From assembly GCA_951406725.2 (NCBI GenBank), contig OX597818.1, forward strand, positions 134,726,001-134,790,000: DNA of 64,000 nucleotides. Reading direction: 5' to 3'. Numbering within the stretch: position 1 is the first letter of the stretch; each line of letters starts with the position of its first letter. Below are positions 26,188 to 39,580 of the stretch, one piece after another. A program made the position numbers and the translations under genes. This DNA is from Octopus vulgaris. Lineage: Eukaryota. The notes beneath the pieces are model-generated. The model was not told the origin of the DNA, did no database searches, and worked only from the letters and a program-made list of their open reading frames with translations.

Positions 26188-26504
26188 GCACGTGAACAAA
26201 ACATTTGAGCGAGGTCATTGCCAGTGCTGCTGGACTCATTCCTGTGCAGGTGGCACGTAAACGACACCATTTGAGCATGGCCGTTGCCAGTACCACCTGG
26301 CTGGCCCTCTTGCTGGTGGAATGTAAAAGCATCCACTACACTCTCAGAGTGGTTGGCATTAGGAAGGGCATCCAGCTGTAGAAACTCTGCCAGATCAGAT
26401 TGGAGCCTGGTGCAGCCATCTGGTTCGCCAGTCCTCATTCAAATCGTCCAACCCATGCCAGCAGGGAAAGCGGACGTTAAACGATCATCATGATGATAAT
26501 GATG

Positions 26505-26585
<81 letters not shown>

Positions 26586-26880
26586 TGTTTTCTATTTGTT
26601 GCAGTATTACTCCTGTGCAGGTGGCACATAAAAAGCACCATTTGAGCATGGCCGTTCCCAGTACCGCCTGGCTGACCCTCATGCCGGTGGCACGCAAAAG
26701 CATCAACTACACTCTCGAAGTGGTTGGCATTAGGAAGGGCATCCAGCAGTAGAAACTCTGCCAGATCAGATTGGAGCCTGGTGCCGCCATCTGGTTCACC
26801 AGTCGTCAGTCAAATCGTCCAACCCATGCTAGCATGGAAAGCAGAAGTTAAACGATGATGATAATGATGATGATGATGAT
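26188..26880 (+). mobile_element. Two 3'-UTR-only copies of LINE family RTE-2 with (GAT)n tails
   Basis: ggtggcacgtaaaa repeats, gagtggttggcattaggaagggcatccagc, ggacgttaaacgatgatg. Confidence 0.75.
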
Positions 26881-26920
26881 ATATATACACAAATATATAT
26901 ATACACACACACACATATAT

Positions 26921-27782
26921 AAGACAATTACAATGAATACAGAGATTTATGCATCTGTATATTTTTCATTTCTGCAGCCAAATATACAACATATTTGATT
27001 TAAATGTGTCCGATATGTTTCTTCTACATAGACATCTAGCAATTGGATTTGCATCCAGTTATTTTCGACTGGTTATTAATAAATGCAAATTTATCCAAGG
27101 TCCATCCACTGATGTGGTCTGAAGCAAAATATGTGTTTGTAGGTTTAGCTATCATTCTTTCGTCAGGTTGCTATAGTTTTTGAATGGGCACGGAGCAGCT
27201 GTGTGGTAAGTAGCTTGATTACCAACCACATGGTTCCGGGTTCAGTCCCACTGCTTGGCACCTTGGGCAAGTGTCTTCTACTATATAGCCTCAGGCCAAC
27301 CAAATCCTTGTGAGTGGATTTGGTAGACGGAAACTGAAAGAAGCCCATGTGTGTGTGTGTGTGTATGTGTGTCTGTGTTTGTCTTCCCACCATCACTTGA
27401 CAACCGATGTTGGTGTGTTCAGGTCCCTGTAACTTAGCAGTTCGGCGAAAGAGACCAATAGAATAAGTACTAGGCTTACAAAGAATAAGTCCTGGGGTTG
27501 ATTTGTTCGACTAAAAGTGGTGCTCCAGCATGGCTGCAGTCAAATTACTGAAACAAACAAAAGAACAAAAAAAACGAAGAATGTGAGAAGATTTGGAAAC
27601 TTGATGTGGCTATTAAAACTGGTATGAGGTCAACCTCGCCTCATAGCGGTTTTTATAGCCATATCAGGTTTCGGTCATGCATAGAACACATTTAAACAAA
27701 TATGTGGTTTAATTGACTGTAGAAATAAAAAAAAAAAAGAATTCAGATGTACTAATCTCCGTATTCATTGTAATTGTCTTGG
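26921..27782. mobile_element. DNA-transposon MITE with ~90 bp imperfect TIRs and a nested SINE A (27187-27570)
   Basis: aagacaattacaatgaatac at 26921 and its reverse complement gtattcattgtaattgtctt ending at 27780. Confidence 0.7.
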
Positions 27783-27867
27783 ATATACACTTGGCAAAAT
27801 AACTATAACCCAGCAAAGCAAACCCAGGATTTACATATCTGATGAAACAAATTGTGATTGCTTACCT

Positions 27868-28405
27868 TCATTATTGTTCGACCGTGATCGAGACAATGGA
27901 ATTTACTATGCTACGCCAGACTTCATGGTCCATCATACGGAGGTCCTGTTGCTGGATGCCTGTATCCCTGGAGATTACATCAGGATAGGAGAGTATGTGC
28001 CCTCTGGTATCATGAGTAGATGGCTTCCAGAGGAGAAGAGTAGAAATTGCCTCGTTTTCATCTCTACAACAATGTCCAGCAAACTGGACTCTCTTACCTT
28101 TCACAAGAGATGACACAGGTGGTAGTTTCCCATATATTTGTATTTTGGTTGGATGATGCTTCCATGAGAGATTTTGAGCTCTCATAAGGAGGCAAGTGTA
28201 AGTTCCATCCAACTGCCTCTCAAGCTTCTTTGATAACGTCCAGGTTTCTGAGCCATATAGTAGAATTGGTTCGACTGTGGCTTTGAAGATTTTAAGTTTG
28301 GAATCTCTACTTAGATTTGATGACCAGATCTTATGCATATCATTACAGGTTGACCAGGCCATACCCTTTCTAGTTAGAAAATCTTTTCCAGGTGATGATA
28401 TGTTT
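27868..28405 (-). mobile_element. RTE-1 LINE 3' fragment
   Basis: ORF 27871-28440: KLKIFKATVEPILLYGSETWTL...FAGHCCR. Confidence 0.9.
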
Positions 28406-28510
28406 ACCTTAAACAATCCTAGATGCTCCTTACAACTCAATGAGGTTAGCCATAAGCTGGATTATAACCGAGTGATCATACGGTACCTGCATGGATACTT
28501 TATCCCTATC

Positions 28511-28556
<46 letters not shown>

Positions 28557-28558
<2 letters not shown>

Positions 28559-29108
28559 GAAAAGACCAGGCAGGACAAGTGAGTCCAGCCCACTTATGCA
28601 TGCCTTTCCTCCCTTGGACACACAAAGACCTGTTGAGGCAAGCGAAGTCGATATCGAACCTCATCCGACGACAGGCACCTATGCCAACCCCCCTTTGCTT
28701 GCGAAGACCTGTTGGGGCAAGTGAAATCAGAATCGAAATTGAACCAATCCTATGACTGGCACCCGGCAGATGCCAGGACCCCTGGACTGGAGATACGTAA
28801 AAAGCACCATCCGAATCGTGGCCTAAGCCAGTGCCGCCTCGACTGGCTTCCATGCAGGTGGCACGTAAAATGCACCAATCCAACCATGGCCGATGCCAGC
28901 CTCGCCTGGCACCAGTGCAGGTGGCACGTAAAAGTACCCACTACACTCACGGAGTGGTTGGCGTTAGGAAGGGCATCCAGCTGTAGAAACATTGCCAGAT
29001 AAGACCGGAGCCTGGTGCAGCCTTCTGGCTTCCCAGATCCCCGGTCGAACCGTCCAACCCATGCTAGCATGGAGAACGGACGTTAAACGATGATGATGAT
29101 GATGATGA
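28557..29108 (+). mobile_element. RTE-2 LINE 3' end (last ORF2 codons plus UTR)
   Basis: Begins gaaaagaccaggcaggacaagtgag, as at the ORF2 end near 57590-57617, and ends in (GAT)n. Confidence 0.75.
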
Positions 29109-29149
29109 TTATATTATCATCCTCATCGATTACAGCTTGTATCCAAGCA

Positions 29150-29805
29150 TTGGGTTCATCAGCTTCCATCCAGTCTCTTTGGCTGATGTTTGTGCCAAAA
29201 GTGACTTTGGAGTCCAAGGTGATGGTGAAAGAGTCATGGGTAGAACTCATATGGGATGGTCAGTGCAGATTGAGGATGTTGAAGATGCTCCTTTCTTCTC
29301 CTGCATTTTGCCTCTTCATTCTGTTGTCTGTTCTGCTTGAAGGAGCTGGCTCCATTGTGGATAGCAGCCCTCTATGCTGTCCTATCCTATCTGTTCCCAT
29401 GAGGATGGCTGGATGTTAGCTTGAGCCAAGGTCTGTTTGAGCTGGTCTTTGAAATGGAATTTCGGACCTCCTCTGGGTCTTGTTCCGATTGCAAGTTCTC
29501 CATAGAGCACGATCCTTGGTAGACAAGAGGGCTCCATACACTGGACATGACCTGCCCAGCAGAGATGATGGCAAAGAATGGTGGCTTCGACACTTGGTAG
29601 TGATGCACAGCAAAGAACATTGATGTTGCTAATGTGATCTTCCCATTATATGTTGAGGATCTGTTATAGCTTTGATTGCTGGAAGCATTCAAGGCACTTG
29701 AAGTCACAGCAGTAGCTCCATCTACAAGAAGGGAGACCAAGTGGATTGCAACAACTATCAGGGCATCTCATTCCTGAGTATTGCAAGTAAGATCTTTGCC
29801 CATAT
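29150..29805 (-). mobile_element. RTE/BovB-like LINE fragment with an oppositely oriented RT piece (29728-29805, +)
   Basis: Minus strand: LCWAGHVQCM...LPRIVLYGEL...GGPKFHFKDQLK. Plus strand: DCNNYQGISFLSIASKIF. Confidence 0.75.
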
Positions 29806-29812
29806 CTATATC

Positions 29813-29850
<38 letters not shown>

Positions 29851-31360
29851 CACACACACACATTTAGTATTAATTGTCAGAGAAAAAATACTGAATGCCA
29901 TACTAGAGATTAATAATATATTTTATTTTAAGTCTGTCTCTTGTTTTTACCTGTAAGAACACAGGATCTTTAGAGGTTAGTTATATATGCATGTATGTGT
30001 GTATATATATACATACATGCATGTATACAATAGTAAGGAACAGTAAGAATGAATACTCAACACAGCATTGGTGGATAAACACAGTGGATTTTCTTCAAAA
30101 CAACCTCTGAAAGCGGGACAAAAACTGGTTGCTCAAGGACTACGACCAGCTAGCAATATATAACCCTATAAATGGCTATACATACTCATATATGATATTG
30201 ACAATATATATAAAATAAAGCATGAAACTATCAATATTTATACCAACATGGCTCAAAACATATCACTTCCTCCTCTGTAAGGAACAAGAAAATAAGGTGA
30301 ATTAAAAAAGTTTCCACACAGTCACCAGACATGTGTGAATAGCAGCCAAATTCCTTCATTACACTCTTTTACTCTTTTACTTGTTTCAGTCATTTGACTG
30401 CGGCCATGCTGGAGCACCGCCTTCAGTCGAGCAAATCGACCCCGGGACTTATTCTTTGTAAGCCTAGTACTTATATCCTATCGGTCTCTTTTGCCGAACC
30501 GCTAACTGTTTTAAAATGTAAGAACACTGTAAGAACACATTGTACCTTGTAGTCTAAGACAAGGTGGTCACTGTTGGAATACTTTCATTTACAGGTCAGC
30601 TCAAACAGGCTGTTCTGAGGCTAAGCAGTACATAAAACAGTAAAATACCTAATACTTTTTTTTTATATTTATGTATTTGTTTGGGGAGATTCTTGATGGT
30701 GAAATCCTGTGTTGGAGCAGATCTTATCATACTTGGGGATGGTCACGTTTTGCCAATTAAACACACTCACTATGTATTTGGTCTTCATTTCAGCTTTATC
30801 ATTATTATTTTTTAATCTCTTTACACATCTGGTGACTTCTTCAACAACTCTTTATCCCATGCTTCTCCTCTTGTTCTGTTTATTCCATTTTATCCTTCTG
30901 TGAGCCGTGTGTGTGTTTAATTGGCAAACTATGACCATCCCCAAATATAACAATACTTTTGTTTTTTATTCTTTTACATATTTCAGACATTGGAATGCAG
31001 TCATGCTGGAGCACTGCCTTATAGAGTTAGTCAAACAAATTGACCCCCAGATTTTTTGAAGTCTGGTATTATTCTTTAGTATGCATTTTGTAAGGTACAC
31101 AAATGAACATAGTTGGATCTTTTCTGTTTGGTTACACCTGTGGAAATTTCAAAGTTTAGTGAAAATTTTAAAAATTGGTGTACTGAAGTAATTTTCCATG
31201 CTGAATCTCAGAGAGTATTTCACTTTCCCCAGAAAAAAAATTTTTTTTTAAACTTATAGAGGGTTAAAATTTGGTTATTTTTATCCAGTGAGAAAACATG
31301 ATTTGAAAGCTGTCATTTTGTACATGACAGCACAAGTTGTAAACATAATCTTATAAACAA

Positions 31361-31775
31361 TAGGCGCAAGAGTGGCTGTGTGGTAAGTAGCTTTCTAACC
31401 AGCCACATGGTTCCGGGTTCAGTCCCACTGCATGGCATCTTGGGCAAGTGTCTTCTGCTATAGCCCCGGGCCGACCAAAGACTTGTGAGTGGATTTGGTA
31501 GACGGAAACTGAAAGAAGCCTGTCGTATATATGTATATATATATGTAAGTGTGTGCGTATATGTTTGTGTGTCTGTATTTGTCCCCCTAGCATTGCTTGA
31601 CAACCGATGCTGGTGTGTTTACGTCCCGGTCACTTAGCGGTTCGGCAAAAGAGACCGATAGAATAAGTACTGGGCTTACAAAGAATAAGTCCCAGGGTCG
31701 ATTTGCTCGACTAAAGGCGGTGCTCCAGCATGGCCACAGTCAAATGACTGAAACAAGTAAAAGAGTAAAAGAATA
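31361..31775 (+). mobile_element. SINE family A
   Basis: Full-length copy. Confidence 0.88.
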
Positions 31776-32369
31776 AGTGGCTGCAATGCTGTTGAAACTA
31801 AATGACAGTAATGGATCCTAATGTTTACTATATATAACTAGCATATATAACATGCTAGTTATGTGTTTATATACATATATGCATACAAGGGAACTTCTAT
31901 ATAAAACCTTGCCAATGTAGCTATGACATCTTCAACAAAATGGTTACTATCTTTTTAAATGTAAGAATGGTTAGATATTAAATATTATTACAATCATCAT
32001 TTAATTATTATATTTCGTTCATTTTCATAAACATTAGCATGGGTAACATGTTGGTTGGTTGGTTGGGGCAATTGTTTCCACAGGTAATACAAATGTGTAT
32101 CTGGATTTTTAAGAAACCATATAAGTGCAAGCATGGCTGTGTGGTAAGAAGCTTGCTTCCCAACCACATGATTCCAGGTTCAGTCCCACTGCATGGCAAT
32201 TTAGGCAAGTGTCTTTTACTATAACCCCAGACTGACCATAGCCTTGTGAGTGGATTTAGTAGACAGAAACTGAAAGAAGTCCATTGTATATATACATATA
32301 TGTGTGTGTGTCTGTGTTTATTCCAAAATCATCAGGAACATAAACACACTGTACTGGTGTGTTTATGTT

Positions 32370-32880
32370 CAAGTATAATCGGCCCTTGAATATAATACGC
32401 AGGGGATTTTTAGGGGGCTGTATTTCTAAAAAACTTAAACATTGTGTATAACATGCACCACTTCTCTAACTCGAGTCGTGCGTAATTAAGCAAGCAACAC
32501 CTAGTTGAACAAACACTTCCACGCATGCGTAATACAATAATGGTGATGTTCTTAACTGTTATATGGGAATGTAAATATGTCTGCAAATTGTTTTTGTTAC
32601 ATGTTATTCTGTGTTCTGAATAATTTTATTTTAATAAATGTTGCTTACTGCAAGTTATGGATGATTCTTTTGACTTCATTGCTTTCAGGCTTAGCTTAAG
32701 CTATTTTCGCACCCAACATCACAAAATGTGTTTGAATAAACATTGCCGGACAGCAAATAGCGACTCGGACATTGCTTAGAAAGTATTTTTCATTTTTAAC
32801 CTTGTATATAATACGCACTAGGAATTTTGACCTTTAAATTTTGGGAAAAAAATGCAGATTATACTCGAGGATTTACGGTA
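32370..32880. mobile_element. Tc1/mariner-type (Tigger-like) MITE
   Basis: Ends ttatactcgaggatttacgg|TA, with tataatacgca subterminal repeats. Confidence 0.55.
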
Positions 32881-32974
32881 CTAATCAATCAAGCAATACT
32901 ATGTATTCAGTTTCTAGGAACCTCACAACTACTGGCTATGTCCTTATAACAATGTATTAACCATGTTAATACTA

Positions 32975-33115
32975 TAAGGTTGTCCCAAAAGTTCGTAGAA
33001 AGTCTTGGAAAATAATGGTCTTTATTTTGAGGAATAATTTTTGTTGTTTTTGTTAGTACTTGGCGAGTAAAAATTCAATTTTCGCAAGTGTTTACGAACT
33101 TTTGGGACAACCTAA
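32975..33115. mobile_element. Mariner-type MITE
   Basis: TIRs aggttgtcccaaaagttcgta / tacgaacttttgggacaacct in a TA context. Confidence 0.8.
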
Positions 33116-33599
33116 TAATATAACTTTTTGTAGTAAATGATAAAGTTAACTTAACCTATCTGTATGCATGTTTTATCACATAGAATAATTCTAGTTAGCT
33201 ACTTGTAGTTTCCTACTTTCAGTATGTTAACACTAATAAAACTATTGTATTCAATGTTGAAAATAACCCTGCTTTGAAATGGTTGAAGTAATGAAACTGA
33301 AATTAATTCCTCACGAGAATATTATATGATTTTGAAATGATTTACAATCGCATACAAGAATCACAGTAAAAGAAATATTTAGGGCAAACTATAGAATTCC
33401 TCTTCCATTATCAATGCCACAGTTGGTTTAGAAAAAATAAATCTACTTGAAACTAAGTGTTTTAGCAATAAAATTTTATTGTTCCAAGAAAGTTTTTTTT
33501 TTATGAAACCATCTAAAATGAGATTTTGTAATGTGTTAATACGAAAGAAGAGAAATGAGAAGAATTAGGACAATAACTGGTGGGTCAAGGATATATGTT

Positions 33600-34475
33600 T
33601 AGGTCAGAGATAGGGGACCAGGAATACAATAGAAATGTAGAAGCCAGAGATATAAAAAAACATAGGGACTAGTGATAGAGAACTAGGACACATAAGAAAT
33701 CTAGAAACCAGAGATGGGATCAGAGCACCTAAGAATTATAGAGGCCAAAGACAGGGGACCAGGGCATATAAAAAATATAGGGGCCAGAGACAGGAAACCA
33801 AGACACATAAGAAATGTAGGGGCCAATGACAGGGTACCACTGCACAAAAAATGTGGAGTCCAGAGACAGGGAACCAGGACACAAGAAATGTAGGGGCCAA
33901 CGGCAGTGGACCACTGCACAAAAAATGTTGAGTCCAGAGACAGGGAACCAGGACACATAAGAAATGTAGGGGCCTATGACAGGGTACCACTGCACAAAAA
34001 ATGTGGAGTCCAGAGACAGGGAACCAGGACACAAGAAATGTAGGGGCCAACGGCAGTGGACCACTGCACAAAAAATGTTGAGTCCAGAGACAGGGAACCA
34101 GGACACATAAGAAATGTAGGGGCCTATGACAGGGTACCACTGCACAAAAAATGAGTCCAGAGACAGGAAACCAGGACACATAAGAAATGTAGGGAGCCTA
34201 TGACAGGGTGCACCACTGCACAAAAATGAGTCCAGAGACAGGAAACCAGGACACATAAGAAATGTAGGGGCCAATGACAGGGTACCACTGCACAAAAAAT
34301 GTTGAGTCCAGAGACAGGAAACCAGGACACATAAGAAATGTAGGGGCCAATGACAGGGTACCACTGCACAAAAAATGTTGAATCCAGAGACAGGGAAGCA
34401 GGGCACATAAAAAATATAGAGGCCAGAGACAGGAGACCAAGACATACAAGAAATATGAAGGTTAGAGACAGTAGA
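33600..34475. repeat. Minisatellite: ~38-bp monomer organised as ~75-bp dimers
   Basis: ccagagacagg recurs every 73-76 bp from 33784 to 34384, with degenerate monomers on both flanks. Confidence 0.9.
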
Positions 34476-35264
34476 GGTATCATATTGGCAGAGTTGTTAG
34501 AGAATCAGATGAAATGCCTCACAGTATTCGAGTACCTTGAGTTTAGAGTTCAAAAATCTGCTGAAAGTCAGATTTGCCATTCATCTTCAAGTGAGTGGTA
34601 AAAGTAACATGTCCTAAGCAGCTGACTGGTTTTATTGTCAAAACATTGGATGGAATGCCTTGCGTTTATTTGTTCCAGGACTTTGCATTCTATGTTCAAA
34701 TCTCAGCAAAGTCTGACTGGTTGGTAGACTTAATCTATCACTTGATTTAACACCATCACCTGCTGTCTTGGGGGTACCTTTAGTGGAGTCCATTCTGTTG
34801 TAACAACTATTTAGGCAGGCCTCAAAATCCTCCCTCCCTCCCACAAGTCTCAGAGACTTTGTAAAGGGTCATGCACAACTTTTCCACTGATTATACAGTA
34901 ACAAGACAAAATATGAGAGAAAACTAATGAAAATCGAAGAAGAGAAAATGGACAGAAGGGGAAACTGTTTGACCAGCATTGGGCAGTTATTTTACTCTTT
35001 TGTTTAAAAAAAAAGGTCTTCTTGAATGTAATATTTTGTTCCACAGGAGTGAATAATAAGTTTTTTACTTTTGTTTTTTTTTTGTTTTTTTTAGCAGATA
35101 AACGTCTAAAAATCTAGCATCTGTCCATTAAGAAGTGTTAACATCATTATCTTAATCAGTTTTACATTTAATGAGCATCACATTTGACAAAGAAATCTGA
35201 ATGCTCTCTTAAGTATACAGCTTTCTCTGTCAAATGTGATGCTTATTTACTCACATTGGCCGCC

Positions 35265-36011
35265 ATGGCTTCTGTGCCGGTGGCACATAAAAAGCACCAT
35301 CCGAACGTGAGCCGATGCCAGCACCGCCCCGACTGGCTTCTGTGCCGGTGGCACTAAAAAGCACCATCCGAACGGGCCGATGCCAGCACCGCGACTGGCT
35401 TCTGTGCCAGTGGCACATAAAAAGCACCATCCGAACGTGGCCGATGCCAGCACCGCCCGACTGGCTTCAGGTGGCATCGCCGATGCCAGCACCGCCCCGA
35501 CTGGCTTCTGTGCCGGTGGCACAAAAAAGCACCATCCGAACGTGGCCGATGCCAGCACCGCCCCGACTGGCCTGAGCGGGTGGCACATAAAAAGCACCAT
35601 CCGAACGTGGCCGATGCCAGCAGCCCCGACTGTTTCGCCGGTGGCACACCATCCGAACGTGGCCGATGCCAGCACCGCCTTGGCTTCGGCCGGTGGCACA
35701 AAAGCACCATCCGAACGTTGCCAGCACCGCCGCCTGGCTGGCTTCCGTGCTGCTGGCACGTTAAAGCTCCAACCGATCGTGGCCGATGCCGGACCCCTCC
35801 CCCCGGCACCTGTGCAGGTGGCACGTTAAAAAGCACCCACTACACTCGCGGAGTGGTTGGCGTTAGGAAGGGCATCCAGCCGTAGAAACTCTGCCAGATA
35901 AGACTGGAGCCTGGAGCAGTCCCTGGCTTACCAGACCCCGGTCGAACCGTCCAACCCGTGCTAGCGCAGAAAACGGACGTTAAATGATGATGATGATGAT
36001 GATGATGATGA
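35265..36011 (+). mobile_element. RTE-2 3' UTR with an expanded internal ~60-bp tandem array
   Basis: About 9 units of gtgccggtggcacataaaaagcaccatccgaacgtggccgatgccagcaccgccccgactggcttct, then the family 3' end and (GAT)n. Confidence 0.8.
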
Positions 36012-36389
36012 TTGTGATGCTCCTTTACTCAAATGTGTTACCTTGTAGCATTGAAATTTCAATGGCATGATTGTGCTTTTTTTTTTGTTTTTGTTCTTTG
36101 TTTTTTTTCAGAATGACATCACTGGTGTAAGAGGCCAGATCTGGCAGGTTTCAACATAAAATGGGTAAAATATTTGGGCTGAATATGGTCATTTTAAATG
36201 CTAAAAATGCTAACACTACAACTGTTTCTTCTCTTCTTTCTTCCAATATTCTGTCATCTATCCACCCAAGTAGACCCCCTTGAGACACACATAACACAAT
36301 GACTTTTCTCTAATTCTTCCAATACAATGCTTATTGGTGTGACTTTTGAAGAAAGATTTTCATTAGAAAGCAACAACATTTTCAGGAAA

Positions 36390-36800
36390 CTCTCTTTTAC
36401 TCTTTTACTTGTTTCAGTCATTTGACTGCGGCCATGCTGGAGCACCACCTTTAATCGAGCAACTCGACCCTGGGACTTATTCTTTGTAAGCCCAGTACTT
36501 ATTCTATTGGTCTCTTTTTGCCGAACCGCTAAGTAACGGGGACATAAACACACCAGCATCGGTTGTCAAGCAATACTAGGGGGACAAACACAGACACACA
36601 AACACACACACATATACATATATATATACATAAATACGACGGGCTTCTTTCAGTTTCCGTCTACCAAATCCAATCACAAGGGTTTGGTCGGCCCGAGGCT
36701 ATAGTAGAAGACACTTGCCCAAGGTGCCATGCAGTGGGACTGAACCCAGAACCATGTGGTTGGTAAGCAAGCTACTTACCACACTGCCACTCCTGCGCCT
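36390..36800 (-). mobile_element. SINE family A
   Basis: Full-length reverse copy. Confidence 0.88.
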
Positions 36801-37036
36801 GTAGAAAACTTGAAAAGAATTTAGAATTTTCATTAGAGAGGCTGACACTACAACTTAACACAGTCTGAATATTCACATTACATTTATGCCATATCAAAAC
36901 ATGTAACATTTATATAATAGAGTCAATAATCCCTGGACTGAAATGTTAACTACTGATGGTGTATCAGATTTCAGAATGATTGTTTATTTGCATCTATAAA
37001 ATAGGACAGCTTGTGAATAAAACCCAAGATTAAACG

Positions 37037-37432
37037 CTCTCTCTTTTACTCATTGTTTCAGTCATTTGACTGTGGCCATGCTGGAGCACCGCCTTTAATC
37101 GAGCAACTCGACCCCAGGACTTATTCTTTGTAAGCCCAGTACTTATTCTATCGGTCTCTTATGCCGAACCGCTAAGTAACGGGGACATAAACACACCAGC
37201 ATCGGTTGTCAAGCAATGCTAGGGGGACAAACACAGACACACAAACACACACACGCATACATATATACGACGGGCTTCTTTCAGTTTCCGTCTACCAAAT
37301 CCACTCACAAGGCTTTGGTCGGCCCGAGGCTATAGTAGAAGACACTTGCCCAAGGTGCCACGCAGTGGGACTGAACCCGGAACCATGTGGTTGGTAAACA
37401 AGCTACTTACCACACAGCCACTCCCGCGCCTA
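37037..37432 (-). mobile_element. SINE family A
   Basis: Full-length reverse copy. Confidence 0.88.
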
Positions 37433-37719
37433 TTTATTTACATTAAGATATAGATGTAAGTGCAACAGTGGAATTGAAAAGTTTGCTTCTTTCTAACTAT
37501 ATATCAGCTCAGGTCTAGGTTCAGTCCCACTGCATGGTACCCTGGGCCAGTGTCTTCTACTACAGCTAAAGCAACCAAAGCCCTGTGAGTGGATTTGACA
37601 GATGGAAACTGAAAGAATCCCATTGTATATGGGTATGCATGTGTGCGCATATGAGTGTGAGTGAGTATGTTTGTATCTCCTTGTCCTGATTTCACATGAC
37701 TATGGTAAGTGAATGTCAT

Positions 37720-38382
37720 TCATCATCATCGTTTAGCGTCCGCTTTTCATGCTAGCATGGGTTGGACGGTTCAACTGGGGTCCGGGAAGCCAGAAGGCTG
37801 CACCAGGCTCAGTCTGATCTGGCAATGTTTATACGGCTGGATGCCCTTCCTAACGCCAACCACTCCGTGAGTGTAGTGGGTGCTTTTTACGTGCCATCCG
37901 CACAGGTGCCAGACGGAGCTGGCAAACGGCCACAGACAGATGGTGCTTTTACGTGCCACCGGCACAGGACTAATCATTCATTTCCAATATTCTGTGAAAA
38001 CATGTCTAACCATGGGAAGAAGTTACCTTGCTTGGAAATAGGTAAGGGTTGGAAACAGAAAGAGCATCCTGCCATAGAAAATCTGGCTCAAACTCCATCT
38101 GATCCGAGTAAGTATAGAAAAGTGGATGTTAAAACAATGGTGATGTATGATTTTGCAATATAGCTTATACAAGCAATGTAGTTTATATAAATTTGGCTCT
38201 AGTTCAACATCATCATCGTTTAATGACCGTTCTCCATGCTAGCATGGGTTGGACGGTTCGACCGGGGATCTGGGAAGCCAGAAGGCTGCACCAGGCTCCG
38301 GTCTTATCTGGCAATGTTTTACAGCTGGATGCCCTTCCTAATGCCAACCACTCCGTGAGTGTAGTGGGTGCTTTTTACGTGT
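37720..38382 (-). mobile_element. Two RTE-2 3' UTR fragments (37720-37970, 38208-38382)
   Basis: catcatcgttta...gctggatgcccttcctaa(c/t)gccaaccactcc. Confidence 0.75.
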
Positions 38383-39166
38383 AACAGTGTGTAACAATTT
38401 CACATAAGAAACATTTCTTCATCATCAATAACATCCTTCAACCTCCATGTTCCATGGCATCTTCAGTTTCACAGAATGAATCTGATGGACCCATCAACAT
38501 GTTCCAGTGCCTGCTTTGGCATTTAAGTGTCATTTATTGCCTTTCCTGGCACCCACTATTTCACAATGTGTACCAAGTGCTGCTTTCATGCCACCAGCAC
38601 AAATGAGGTCACCATGCAGCTTGCAAGTCTATGAACCCCAAAAGGGGCAGCTTTACACTGGGAGATGAGGGGTAAAAATATGAGAAAACTGGCCAGAGCA
38701 GAATAGGTCCCTTGCAGTAGAGAAGCTACATGACTACTCACATTTTACAAACGAGGATGGGAGTGATTGGATAGGGCTAAAAAAAGACAAAAATAGTGGT
38801 GATGAGGTATCAGGGTGGATCCTCAGGGTACAAGTGGGTAAAAGTGAGTTAGGTAAAGGGGCCAGGAATGTAGGTAGGTGGAAGTTAAAAGAGAGTAAAG
38901 AGAAAGTAATAGGTGAACAGAGGAGGGGAGGTAGTCTGCCACTGTAAAAATTGGATAGGGTTGAAGGATGGATTACTAATGATACATATGTTAAGAAAAG
39001 TAGGGTTGGAAGTAAGAGATGAATGACAGTGTGGAGCAGCAGAACAGTAATGACAATACAGTAGATAGGAGAAGGACAGGAGAAAGTTGACATGTGGTTG
39101 GGCAGTTTACCACCAAAACAAATTTTATACTTACACTTCAGCTTATCAACCATATTAAAATGGTTA

Positions 39167-39580
39167 TAGGTGCAGGAGTGGCTGTGTGGTAAGTAGCTTG
39201 TTTACCAACCACATGGTTCTGGGTTCAGTCCCACTGCGTGGCACCTTGGGCAAGTGTCTTCTACAATAGCCTCGGGCCGACCAAAGCCTTGTGAGTGGAT
39301 TTGGTAGACGGAAACTGAAAGAAGCCCGTCGTATATATGTATATATATATATATATACGTGTGTGTGTGTTTGTGTGTCTGTGTTTGTCCCCCTAGCATT
39401 GCTTGACAACCGATGCTGGTGTGTTTATGTCCCCGTTACTTAGCGGTTCGGCAAAAGAGACCGATAGAATAAGTACTGGGCTTACAAAAAGAATAAGTCC
39501 CGGGGTCGAGTTGCTCGATTAAAGGCGGTGCTCCAGCATGGCCGCAGTCAAATGACTGAAACAAGTAAAAGAGTAAAAGA
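39167..39580 (+). mobile_element. SINE family A
   Basis: Full-length copy. Confidence 0.88.

Noticed and set aside
33701-34483. Hydrophobic repetitive ORFs or a CRISPR-like array
   Set aside because: This is a minisatellite open in several frames. The spacers are not unique, there are no cas genes, and the context is eukaryotic.
35247-35885. Overlapping 100-170 aa ORFs or a repeat-spacer array
   Set aside because: They come from a GC-rich tandem array within a LINE 3' UTR found many times in the window.
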